Under the pieces are notes generated by a model. It had not been told where the DNA came from. It saw nothing but the letters and a program-made list of their open reading frames with translations, and ran no database searches. From NCBI GenBank assembly GCA_012295275.1, contig CM022672.1, forward strand, positions 18,848,001-18,912,000: a stretch of DNA of 64,000 nt, in the 5' to 3' direction. The position numbers and the translations under genes are program-made. Shown piece after piece: positions 12,653 to 25,565 of the stretch (the first letter of the stretch is position 1; every line of letters begins with the position of its first letter). Origin of the DNA: Chrysomallon squamiferum. Its lineage: Eukaryota; Animalia; Mollusca.

Positions 12653-12970
12653 CTACAGATGACAAAGTATGTTATTAAATATCATAAATTACTTTCATCT
12701 TATATGTAAAACTTTCCAATTAACAACATGTACAACTAACAAACCTAAAGGTGTTCAATAAGAAAAATATATAGAAGCCTGCCAAATTAAAAATACAACA
12801 TTGATAAGCACATTGCTTAAATAAAAACAAAAATCAAATTCTAAAATTTAACAAAAAAAAAAAAAAAATGAGTTTGATAAATAACTTCAAATAACAATGG
12901 TAACAATAAAGAACTTTATAAAAAAAAAAAAAAAAACATCTTGTGCATCAGCTACATCCAGTGTCTAAAC

Positions 12971-14413
12971 CTATTTTTTGGCTTTTCCTTGAGCTGCAAC
13001 TTTTTCCATGGCAGCCTTAACCTGAGCTTCATCAGCCAGATAGAAGTGTTTGATAGGTTTGAGATCTTTATTTAGCTCATAAACAAGAGGAATACCTGAA
13101 ATTTCAACAAAAAAAAATTAATTTGAAATTTAAATGTGATGTACAATAAGTACATGATTTCAGTAAAACAATAAAAATAATAATAAATAATAATAAAAAA
13201 TTAGAAATAAAATTTTTTTTCTCTAATCTTTAATTCTGTGCACAGTTTTAAACCCGAGCCTTTAAATCATTGTAATATATTCTTCTGTTATGTAAATATT
13301 ATATGACATTATCCATTAAAAGTTACATAAATAAAGATTTGAAAATCATTACTTCCACAAAATGAACTATTCATACACAGATAGAAATAAAGACAAACTA
13401 TTATAGACATACCTAAAACAGAGAGAGAAATAAAGACATTATACATATACATATACAGACAGAGAGGCAGACAGAAATAAAGACAAACAGTTGCACATAT
13501 AGATACAGAGCAGAGAGATAGAAACAGACAAACTATTATACATATACAGAGAGATAGATACAAAGACAAACTATTATACACACTGACATAAAAATATTTA
13601 CATTAAAAGGTGGACAGAAAGAGAAAACAAAAAAACACCCAAAACACAAATACAAACAAGCAACATAATGTTGAGTCAACAAAGCCAAGCAGTAAGCTAA
13701 CAATGCAAATTTTCATTTTCTAATTTATCTGTAATTTTAGATTAATTTACCAGTTGGAATATTAAGACCAGGAATATCGGTGTCACTCATGTTGTCGAGG
13801 TATTTCACCAGAGCTCGCAAGCTGTTGCCATGCGCCGATATGATCACTTTCTTCCCAGCCTGAATAAAATAATAATAATAATAAAATATTGTAAAAATAT
13901 GCATCAAAGTGTGTTTTATTTAGAATGTCAAAAAGGGGTGTATTCAAAAGAAAAAAGTTATATTCAATAAAAAGAATATAAGTCTTATAAATTTAGAAAA
14001 AAAAAAGTACCAGCATTTTAGTCTTCCATCATGTATGATAGAAATTGTGTTCTCGCAAGACTGTTAATCATTAACAATATAAAATCTGTTAACTGCCAAA
14101 TAAAATTAAGCTCATATTTATTTAATCTTTTCATCATGTTTGATACAAATTATGTTCTCAAAAATCATCTGGCCTTGTAAATTTTATAATAAAAAAGGCA
14201 AAAGTGCATTCTTTTATACAGAGATTTGACAACTATTTTGCTGTAATCTCACAAGAAATATCATATGACATCAATATTTGTGTAAAACAGAATCATTTTT
14301 TTATTTCTTTTTATGAGCTGGAAAAATACTATTTCATTTTAAAACCTCCAATAATAATATATAATAATGAACATTAATAGAAAAAAAAATTTGCCATTCT
14401 TAAAACAAATTTT

Positions 14414-14448
<35 letters not shown>

Positions 14449-17075
14449 TAAGAAATGTTTTGTTGTTGTTGGTATATATAACGGGAGTAATTAACCATAC
14501 ACAGATTAAAATTTATTTCGGTGGCACAAGAGAGGGCCAGTGTTTTTATGGGAATCAAATGATTATAAAAAAGACTATCTATTCCTGGTCTGCAGAAGAC
14601 AGTGTGATGTTCTTTGTAATGGCAAAGCAGCATTGGTGTTTTCTGCTGACAACAACTTAGAAAAAGCCCAAATCAAAACAGTTCTTACAGAAGAGAAATA
14701 TGAGTACAGACCTTTATCTCAGGAACAATGGCGTCATACCAGTACGGCAGCACTCGGTTCACTGTGTCCTTCAAACATTCACATCTGGGAATCACACTTG
14801 GATCCAAATCCTTAGGGGGGAAAAAAAAATTAAATTTATTTATTATAAATATAATAAAATTATCTTCAAAACATTTTATTTTGTGTTTGCAAGGTGTTGG
14901 TTTTTTTCTAAAAATTAAAAAACTATACTGCTAATTGTTGTTTGTTTTTTTCAATTATTTATCTTTTTTATTTTTTTTTTTAATTATTTCTCTTTTTTAT
15001 TTTTTTTAAATCAATATTACTTACAATTATTAAAATGAAAGTAAAGATTTACTTTGTACTTGGGATCCTTGCCAGACCAGTGTTCATCTTTTTCTGTCAG
15101 AGCTGGTGGAGGAGTGTCATAAGATCGGCGCCAAATCTGAAAATCAGGTAAAACAAAATTAAACGTGACCTGTTTGCTTTGCTTAATCAAGTTAATGCCA
15201 AATATATATATATATAAATAGATAAATAGATCATTATACATGCATACATGCACAAGTGTTGCCTTGGTTTAAATAGAAATGTTAGGGCACCAAGGCAACA
15301 TTATTTTTATAAAGTTTGCATGGAAATTATGTTGTGATCAATAACTAATTAAAGCCATGTTTATTTAAATCATCAGACCTACACAAACTCAACAGCTTTA
15401 GATATTTGGCACCTGCATCAGCTCTTTTAGCTTCTTTTTTTTAAATCTGTCTTGCAGACGTTTAATTTAAAAGTTAACAAAATAGTCAGTAGAGATGGCT
15501 AATTAACATAATATTGATCTTCTTCACTGAAATATCACATGATTATAAAAAAAACAAGCAGTCATGCTGTGATGCTGCCTTGTGAAGTTGAGAATTATTC
15601 TGTTGCATATTTTACCTTTACTTGCTCTTCACCATATTTGGCTGCAGTTTCAGATTTATTTAGACCTTGGAGACCTCCATAATGTCGCTCATTAAGTCGC
15701 CAATGACGATGAACTGGGATCCAGTGATGATCAGTTTGATCTTGTATATGATAAAGAGTTTTGATGGCTCTTTTCAGCACACTTGTGAAGGCAACATCAA
15801 AAGTATATTTTTTGTCCTTCAGCATCTAAAATAATAAAAATAATAAATTTATATATGTTAGGTATATGGCAATTGTCTGACTTTTTGTAATGCATTTTTA
15901 CTTTCCTTGAAGGGAGTTCCCTGTTATCGTTTCCGTTTCATCATTATTTTTATATATTTTCAAAAACAAAATATATTGTTACATAGTATACATATTCAGT
16001 TTCATCTCTGTATTCTTTTTTTGACATACAATGCAGATATTTAGTGCAGCAAGTACTTAATTTTGGATACCAAATGTGTTGTGATCTCAGCTGCTGATGT
16101 CTTAAAAGTCTGACTTTTCATTTATTTTGTTTGATTTAGTAATTATCTGGCATAATATTTTCTTTTGATAAAGATGTTCATTATGAAGGCAATTCTTAGC
16201 AACTAAGCAAATTATATTTTTATGAATTTTTTCATCTATATAATGAAATCATAAGGAAAATTAATGTTTGAATTGATAATAAAAAAAAGTAAAAAAATGA
16301 ATGTAAAGGATTCAACAATTCATCAGTACTGAAAAAAAAAAAATTCTTTCATATACTGGTTTAATATCTCTGCAGTTCTTGAGAATTACATAATTAAGAT
16401 GTAAAGTACATTTCTGCTAATTAGTGCATTAATTAATTAATTAAAATTCACAGAGTTAGTGAAATGCTTAAAAATTTTGTAAAGATCTAGAACTCACGAA
16501 AAACTTCATTTTGATGGATAATAGTAATATTATTATGAATATAATATGTGAGATATTCAGTGTTTATGTTGCCAAATGATTGAAATGATTCGCAGATTTT
16601 CTACAAATTGATTCAGATTGAAATGTTTTAATTTGTTCGTATCAGTTCTATCAAAGATATCTTGGTGTAATTTAAACTATTTTGTTTGTTTTATGTAAAG
16701 AAAGTCTGAATATTACCTGGAAATAATCATATTTACTGGGATATATTATCATCAACACGTTACTTTTTGTCATTAGTTCGTTTTGAAAAAAACAATAATA
16801 ATAAAGCAGCAAACTAATACAACACTAATAATCAAAATAACATTTTGGTAATTTCTGATTCTGATACTGTTACTCTATGATTTATCCCATTTAAAACGAT
16901 TTATGAAGAAACTGGTAACCATCGGAAACACGTTAATGTCTGTTACCTTTCCTGCAGAAATCGCTTCATGAATTCCGGTATCTGATAAATCGGCATCGTA
17001 CCAACCACAAAATAAATTTTTCTTATTCCATTCACTTTCGCCATGACGCACAAGAACTATTGTGTAAGTTGCCAT
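12971..17075 (-). CDS. PGAM: 2,3-bisphosphoglycerate-dependent phosphoglycerate mutase (dPGM), 6 coding exons, 251 aa
   Basis: Exons 17075-16947, 15825-15616, 15136-15053, 14810-14712, 13859-13751 and 13095-12971. All are GT-AG with consistent phases (756 nt). Motifs [48 protein letters not shown] and C-terminal VAAQGKAKK*. Confidence 0.97.
13370..13580. repeat. Degenerate purine-rich minisatellite in PGAM intron 5
   Basis: AGA(A/T)A(T/C)AAAGACAAACTATTATA-like unit recurs about 4 times, separated by (AG)/(AC)-rich tracts. Confidence 0.6.
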
Positions 17076-17585
17076 CTTTGTGGAATAAAAATATTTTAAT
17101 ATAATACTGTCTTTTAGGTGGCAACCTTCGCCAGTGTCCTTGGAATCAAGGTGAAGGTCGTTTCTAGTACCTACTTAATTTAAGGATAGCCTCAAAAATC
17201 TTAATGATTTTTCAGGAATTACGGTTTTAGCATGAAAGCTATTTTATTATGCATGTTGAACTGTTTGAAAATTAACTGTCTGAAACTTCGGTAAATAATA
17301 ATTTTAAAAACATATATATATAATTATAATTAATTAAGTTTCTATAATTTTTTTTTTTTTTTTTTTTTCGTTTCCGAAATTATTACATAATTTCATTCCG
17401 TATATACAATAAAGTACAAGTTTTACGTAAACAGTAATTAATTTAACGTATGGAATGGAACTTGGATCAGTTTTCATGACAGATTTTGTAAATAATCATG
17501 TTAATGAACTGAAATGTACACGTTTAATTAAACATTTTTCGCGTAGAATGGAGCACTAACTTAAAACATCTTAGTCCAAAAGACT

Positions 17586-17631
<46 letters not shown>

Positions 17632-18968
17632 GATCCTTATCACAAGCCACTTGAAGTAACTAAAGAGGTGTGCACACAAAGGTGTATTAATAATATCTAC
17701 ATGGATGGATAGATCTAGTCGTTTGGGGTTTAAAACAAATCATTATGTTGCTGTAATTGAATATGTTTTAGTCGAAACAGGAGCTTAAGTGTGTCATGGT
17801 AAAATCGTTTTACCTAAAGCAGTACGTTGGTAAAGTCTGCTCGAATGGATGCAACCAGCTGTTCCTTTTGCATTTAACACAAAGAAACAAGTGTAATTAT
17901 AAATGTCTTTTCAGCCTGTGAGCCTGTGAGCAAAACAATATCGTTAGGTTAATAAACTTTAAACTTTGTCGAAACCACCCAAAAAGGAGGGATAATGATA
18001 CAGTCCCTGCACCGAAATACTCCAAACTACATTTCAAACAAAAGAATTTAAGTTCAATGGTTTTGCTGGTTTGAGGGATTTCAAAGCTGTTTAGACAATT
18101 TTTTTTTTTTTAAACTTTTATTTTATTTTATTTTATTTTATTTTATTTTATTTTATTTTTATTTATTTATTTTTTAAACATAATTTCTAATATTTCGTTT
18201 CGGACATGAAACGATTGCCAGAAAAATACTGTTAAGAGACAACCTATTCGTGTTTTGTTCTAAATACATTTTTAAAGATCTACTAAAACTGCACTTAAAA
18301 TAAAACGTAACTGATAAAATAAGGACATATAAAAGGAATATGAAGCTTTACACTGTCAATGCCGTTTGGACGTATGGTACCAGCTGAAGAGGTGTGGGCT
18401 CCGTGCTATGCACTTTCATTTAAACTTGGGCTGATTTTATGGTAAAAAAAAAAAAAAAAAAAAAACAAAAAAAAAATGTAAAAGAAAAATCAAAAGATGG
18501 ACGCAAGATGTTTGGACTGTGGCAGTTTCAGTGCTTGTCAAAGACGCTGTTTTCCGCAAAAACGCCCCTGCATAGTTATATATTAACTGTATATACATAT
18601 ATGTTTCGAATTTCCAATTTTTAATTAAAAAGAATAAAAAAATATATTATCAGCCGTACAATCTGTAATTGTGAGTTATTTTGAAATACATTATCAGACA
18701 GGTTATAAATCATACAGCGATGAATACAGGTGAATATACTCTCAAGAAAGTATACTATTTCATACCTGTTAGATTGCTTTTTTTTTTGTGAAGACTGGAA
18801 ATCCTTTTTGGTGAAATAAGGCAAACCAAGAAAAAAACTTTTTATTAATCACTACTCCCGAGTTCTTACTCAATTCTACTTAACTTTTTTCTTAAAAACA
18901 ACTCCCAGCGATGGATGATGTTGAACTTTCTCAGTAACGTCAAAAATGCAAATGTCATGCATTTTCAG

Positions 18969-19005
<37 letters not shown>

Positions 19006-19320
19006 ACATCAACACTATTGTGGGCTAACAGTAGTGTAGATCGAGCTGTGCATTTATTTACAAAGTGCATTCGGTAAGATATATTTATCGTCTGCGACTC
19101 TTTCAGAGTCTCAAACAAACAAATTAATTATTATTTGCATAAATGTTGTGATAAAATTGATTTTGTCAAAACCTTGATCTAAATATTTTTTCTGTTTCTT
19201 TAAAACTAAAATTACTCTGCCAAGACGCCATTTCGAAAACAAATTATTGGGATTATCTCCCGTAACCAGGAAGCAGGTGGCGTCGAATGTAGAGAACTTG
19301 ATGATTCAATTTGGTAAATA
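17076..19320. promoter_or_regulatory. Divergent (head-to-head) promoter region between PGAM and ZFYVE27
   Basis: PGAM ATG at 17075 (-). A candidate first exon of ZFYVE27 ends at donor TTG|GTAAAT (19313/19314), with a YY1-like GCGCCAT/ACGCCATTT (~19225) and ETS-like CAGGAAG nearby. CpGs are retained here compared with the flanking gene bodies. Confidence 0.45.
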
Positions 19321-19937
19321 TTTTATTAAATTCATTTTAAAATAAGGAACGAAAAAAACAACAAAACATTACGTAGGTTTTCATATAATTAGGTTCATTC
19401 TTTGGTATTTAGTACGTTTTTATTTTTCATTATGAAGCTGCTTAAAGTATGCAAGGCAGTGGGCACATACCTCATTATGACATTAGTTAGCAACTAATTA
19501 ATTTTAAAATATCAGTCATTTTCATGTAATATATATTACCCGTATTTCAAGACTGACAATATACTGAGAATAAACAGTATTTGTCGCCATTATTTTCGAA
19601 TAGCTCCAAATTATGCAGAGTCAATTACAAGTTTTTCTTTAAATTAAAACTATTTAAATATTGAATTTTAGAATTCGAGAAAATAATTTGGTGCATTATG
19701 ATTAGGAATGAAAATTGAAATCTTCATACAAACATTAATCATTGATAAAAGAGCTATCCTTTCACTTTCAGGCACATTTGTCACTGATGTCATAGACATT
19801 AGAAACACAAAAGGGATTTACTTACTTTATTTTATTTTATTTTGTTATTTTGTTTTGTTTTCAACTATCTGCATTCAGTCTTGCCTTTTTGGAAAAAAAA
19901 CATTTTTTTTGCTAATTTCATTCAAACAAATTTTCAG

Positions 19938-19973
19938 ATTTTCAACTAAAGAACCTCAGAATTTCACCTGAAG
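19938..19973 (+). other. Candidate 36-nt 5'UTR exon of ZFYVE27
   Basis: TTTTCAG acceptor and GAAG|GTATGT donor. It lies between the putative first exon and the ATG-containing exon (acceptor TCTTCCAG at 20448). Confidence 0.45.
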
Positions 19974-20460
19974 GTATGTATAAAAATACTTTTTTTTTCA
20001 TGATCTGAAGAAAAAATATAAATATTCAATTTCTGTCTGATGAGAATGTGTTCCAATTCGTCCCAGAAAAAGTGCCAAATTTATGTGACACTCCATGTCA
20101 GTAGCCACATAAGAAGTTTGATTACTGACATACATTTGTATGATGTGGTTTCCTATTTCTTTACCCTAGCAGTGTGTTTTATAAATTAGAAGACACTTCT
20201 GTTCATGATAACATAGTCCACATATTTCTCTGCAGTCTGAATTTCAACATCTTCAGGTCTCACTTTATTTTCAATAGAAATTAATTCCTTTAATTAGCTA
20301 CTGTTTTTAATCATAAAATACATAATATAAATGTTAGGACACTGCTTCTGTTACAACTGGAAGTACCTTTCCATACTGACAGATTTGTCTGGATCCATTA
20401 AATGAATCATAGCTAGTTACTAATAAGCTTGATACGTGTCTCTTCCAGGTGACAGTAACA

Positions 20461-21922
20461 ATGGGAAAGCCTGATGGTGAGGGTGAAAAAGAAAATGATA
20501 ACTCTGTAGATATTGCAGACTTTGTTCTTGAAGTGGAACGGTTTTCTAAACTTATTGAACCTTTTGCCTTCGCCGTCTATGCCGTTGATGATTTGAGAAG
20601 GTAAAATGGAATATTTTGATTCACAGTTGTTATTTGTTGTACAAGGTAAAATGGAATATTTTGATTCACAGTTGTTATTTGTTGTACAAGTACAATCATT
20701 TTTGTGTAAATGATTTAATATTAATTTTAACATAAAATTTCATGTTCATGTCTAATACTATGCATTCTTAAATATATAAACAAAAAGTTTATATATTTCT
20801 CTTTTTTAACTGCATTTTACTTGAATTTTGAATTTAAGAGACTTATCAGATTATAAATTACCATTTTTAAGCACATTTTTTATTGATTTCACTGCAAAAG
20901 ACAGACGAATTAATACCATCCTTTTAAATAAGCAGTATAAATTAATTTGAAAAGAAAGATTTTAACATTTATATCTGCATTTTTCTTCTTCAGTTTTTTT
21001 TTTACATTTTCTCTACATTCAATTTGTTTAATATATAAATTATATGAACATTATTCTGCTACTACAAAACGTATGTATTTTTGTGCTGATGAAATGGAAA
21101 GTTCAGTGTTAACAAAACAAATTTGTGTAATATTTTCAGATGGAGAATCCCAAGTGTAACAATGGTTTTGTGGATTGTGTCAACATTTTGCTGTGTAATG
21201 CTAACTCAAGGTTAGTGGACATGTTTTGGTTTGAATTATAGAATATAGGTTCAGCATCTAAATATATGCAATAATTACTCTCAGATATAATTAATATAAT
21301 TTTTATGTATATATTATAATTTTATATATATATTAATATGCAGTTACATATTTAAAATCAAGTTACTGGCAAAAATTACAATTTACATGCAAATTACTAT
21401 TTACAAATAAAAAAAATAAAGCAATCACAAAGATAAGGCAATTATGCTGCTTATTTGTACTGCCACTTTAAAGATATCTCTTACCCATCGAGTTTATACA
21501 GACACATTTTCTGAAGAGATGTTCCTGGTTGCAATTTCAGCTGCTACGTTTGTGCTGATAGCTATTCTTGTCATCTGCATCTGTGCTGTTTGTCTGCTGC
21601 AGATCCACACACGAATCCTCGACAAAATACTACCGGACTCTCACAGAGGTTATTTTGATGTCTGCAGTGATGAGGAAAAGAACACACTAAACACTGTGAG
21701 AGAATTCAGATACAGGTAAAAACAGAATGGAATAACAGGAAAATATTTCATGTTAAATGGGTGTGTGTTCATGGTTTGAAATTCACAGAAAACACACAGA
21801 CATATGAAAAATTGCCAGTTATTTTTTGGTGTGGGTTTTTACAGACTTTAAAACTATATATTACTACATTTCTGATAATACATATTTGAAATCAGTTAAG
21901 ACAGAAACTAAATAAAAATCCT

Positions 21923-21969
<47 letters not shown>

Positions 21970-22521
21970 GCATGTATATAATATGTGTGTGTGTGTGTAT
22001 ATAAATATATATATATACAGAGGTACCTCGACTTACAAGTTTTCAAGTTATGAGCAGTCGTCCAGTTGTTATTATGCTTTGAGTTGCAAGCCAAAATCTG
22101 AATTACAAGGGAGTTTCAGATACCCCACCACTAGTTGGCACATGGCACATGGAAACAGAAGTGTCTCTGTTGTGTTGTGTTTGAGTTTTGTGCAGTATTT
22201 TGCCAAATTTCTTTTTTCTGACCATGGATCCTAAGAAAGTGACTACAAAGGACAGTGCTGAGAAGACAAAGCTGATGATGTCCATTGAATTAAAGCTTGA
22301 ATTCATAGAAAAACATGAGTGAGGTGTGTAGTCAACTTGGCTAGGCAGTGTAAGAGTAACTGAAGCTGAAGGAATTGATAAAGGCTGTAACTCAAGCCAA
22401 AGGCATTAAAATTATTTGTCTGATCTCCAAGATAAATACACTTTACAAAACCAATTTATTTCATTACATTCTCTTTTATTTTGTTTTTTACAATATTTGT
22501 CATTTAAAAACATGTTACAAA

Positions 22522-22553
<32 letters not shown>

Positions 22554-23121
22554 CTGGAACAGATTAATGGTATTTCAATTAATTTCAGTTAGGAAAATTG
22601 ATTTGATATACGAGCAAATTGAGATACGAGCTCAGTCACAGAATGAATTAAACTCATAAGTCAAGGTACCACTGTATATATATATATATATATATATATT
22701 TTCATATATGTATGTATGTACACTGTATATTTGTGTTGTTTTTAGAACTTTTTATTTCTAATGCAGTTGAAAAAGATTTCATAAAAACAGAAGATCACAT
22801 ATTTTACATTTTATGGAGACAAATGTCTGTACTTCTATTTCCTAATATTCAGTATTTGTTATAAGATAATTTCCTGTAACTTTATGAAATGGAATCTCAC
22901 TAATGCCAGCATTTATTTATTTACTTATATATTTATATATATAAAAACATGTTAAATATTTCTTTCTTCCTCTCAGCTTGATACAGATGCATGACTTCAT
23001 TATTAAGTGTAATGAATACCTGGCTTACTTCTATGCATTATTAAAATGGGACATCACTCTGCCAGCAATCTTGTAAGTATCTTATATATGTTTCTGTTTT
23101 TAGTTTATGTTGTTTTTGTTA

Positions 23122-23159
<38 letters not shown>

Positions 23160-25524
23160 GTGTGATTAATGTTTGTTGGATTTATAGTATATAATTATGC
23201 AGATTTTACTGTGTTAGTTTTGATGTTATTAGATTTCTGGATTTATTCAAAGGTAGACTGTTATTTGAGGAATTTATCCTTTTTTAAACACTGTTCAATG
23301 AGATTACTTGTGGACATCGTTATTTTCCAAATCCCATTATAAATAACTCATATCCTGGCCTGTTAATTCATGTATATTATTATTATTTTTTTTTTATTGA
23401 GGTATTATACTATGTTAGAAAATAATATTTTTATTTGGCTAAAGTTTGTATTTTTAATAATATTTGCATTAACTTTATATAAATGCAATAAGAAAACAAA
23501 TATGATTATTCTCATAAATCACATAATTTGTATTTCAGTTTTCATACAGAGGTATGTGTATTTCTTATCGCCATTGTGATGTTTCCGTCAAGATGGATAT
23601 GTTTTCTGATTACTACATGGTTCTTTCTGTGTCACAAAGACACATTGATTTGTAAGTGACTGTTAAACATTCTCTTCTGTTTCCTTTTATTATATTTTCA
23701 GAAATTATATTATCACACAAATACTGTTTTATATAGGAATGATTCCTAGCTTATAAAACTTGCGTAACTGAAAGTAATTTTTGTTGACATTTTTGTGTTA
23801 AATGTACTTTGAAATAAATTAATATGGTTTTGAATTAGTAGATTGCTGCTGCAATGAAACTGGTATTGCCACTGAATTCAAACTATTTTTAATGCCAACA
23901 TTTTTTTGGATAAAAATCATTGTTGGGAATGCAGCAGTTAAATGAATATTTGTGTTCATTTAGACAAGTGGGTTGTAAAGAAATTATTTGCTAAGATAAA
24001 CATTTGTTATAATTAGTTTTATTAATTTTAGAGTAATGTTATAATGTACTTTATTGCTATATAAAAATTATTCAGTTGATATTAAGCTAATGTTATTATA
24101 AAAAAAAAAAAAATTGTTTTGTTTGACAGTCTTCTACAAACACTGGATTTCTGTACAGAGGAAAGTACACTGTGCAAGAACCTGATAAACTTTCCAAAGA
24201 TGAAGGTGACTCTTCAGCTAAAACTGAGGTAACTGTGCTTGAACATTTGTATTTGTGTAGTATTTATTATCATTCCTCTAGCTTCAGTTTGATTATGAAT
24301 AAAATTAAAGATAAAATGCCAGTCACATTTGTTTAATTTCTTTCTTTTCTGAGTATAAATATTCAGTGATTTATTTTGTGGTTTAGTTTATAGCTAAAAG
24401 AAACCAAACTGTTGACTCAATTAATTCAAGTTCTGTTAAAGTTTTCAATGTTCTTTAGGGTTTGTTGTTGTTGTTTTACTTGTATATTAATTTTTTCTTT
24501 AGGCTGACTTAGAATCAAAGGCTACAGGAGACAGAGCAGATGATGAAGAGAAAGATTCTAAATGGGATGTAAGTCTGATAATACCAGTTTTTACAGTTCT
24601 TACTTATTTAATATATGTTTTGTCTTAACTTGTATAAATAAAAAATCTATTTGAGAATGTAGTTTTTATTTTAAATAAAGAGAATTTTGGTTTATTGGAT
24701 TTGATTTTGGGTAAACATTTAAATATCCACTTAAATTGCAGAATGATTTCAGTAGAAATGTTTCTAATGTAATGTCCATAATTTTTTTTAAAACAAAATT
24801 TGGTTTTTGTTAATTTATATTATAATACGTTTTATTTTAATGCAGTATGTATTTTAATAATAATAATAAAAAATAGTGTTAAAATTTGTATATGTTTGGG
24901 AGTCTCAAATAGAATATTTCTGTGAAACATTTCTATATTCTGTCTCTGTTTTATGACTCATTTAAATGAGAAATAAAAATAGAATTTATATATTAATTCT
25001 GAATCACATAAAAATGGATTAAAATTTGCTATGCCTGACAATAAAATAATCTCATGGATCAGTAGAGATTGTTATCATACTGTTTAGTGGATTAAGATGT
25101 AAAAAAATCCATTACAGACTGAGGATATAGAAACGTTTGCACTGATCTTGTTGTTTGTCTGTTTTTTATTAATTTTTTTATTTTTCTTTCTTTTTTTATT
25201 TTCCTTTTTATTTATTTATTTATTATTACATTTAATTTATTTATTTATTTATTTTTGATAATTTCTGAACTTACAAATGATATCACAATAATAGAGAAAT
25301 AATATCCACTTTCAAGCATCACAATCATTTACCCATTTCACTTTTATACTTTATTTTATATATCACTTGGAAAGATTGTACATATCTTATTTTTATTTTT
25401 GTTGAAATTAATTAAAACAGTAACAGAACATATGAAAAAAGGATGTCTGGAACTTACCTTGTAATCAAAAATTTACTTTTCTTTATTATTAATATTATTA
25501 TTTTTTTTTATTTTATTTAATTTA

Positions 25525-25565
<41 letters not shown>

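Noticed and set aside
21444-21540. 5' extension of the ORF at 21444-21719 as coding sequence
   Set aside because: The acceptor at 21540 gives better collinearity with protrudin. The upstream acceptor at 21501 is in frame and remains possible but is less likely.
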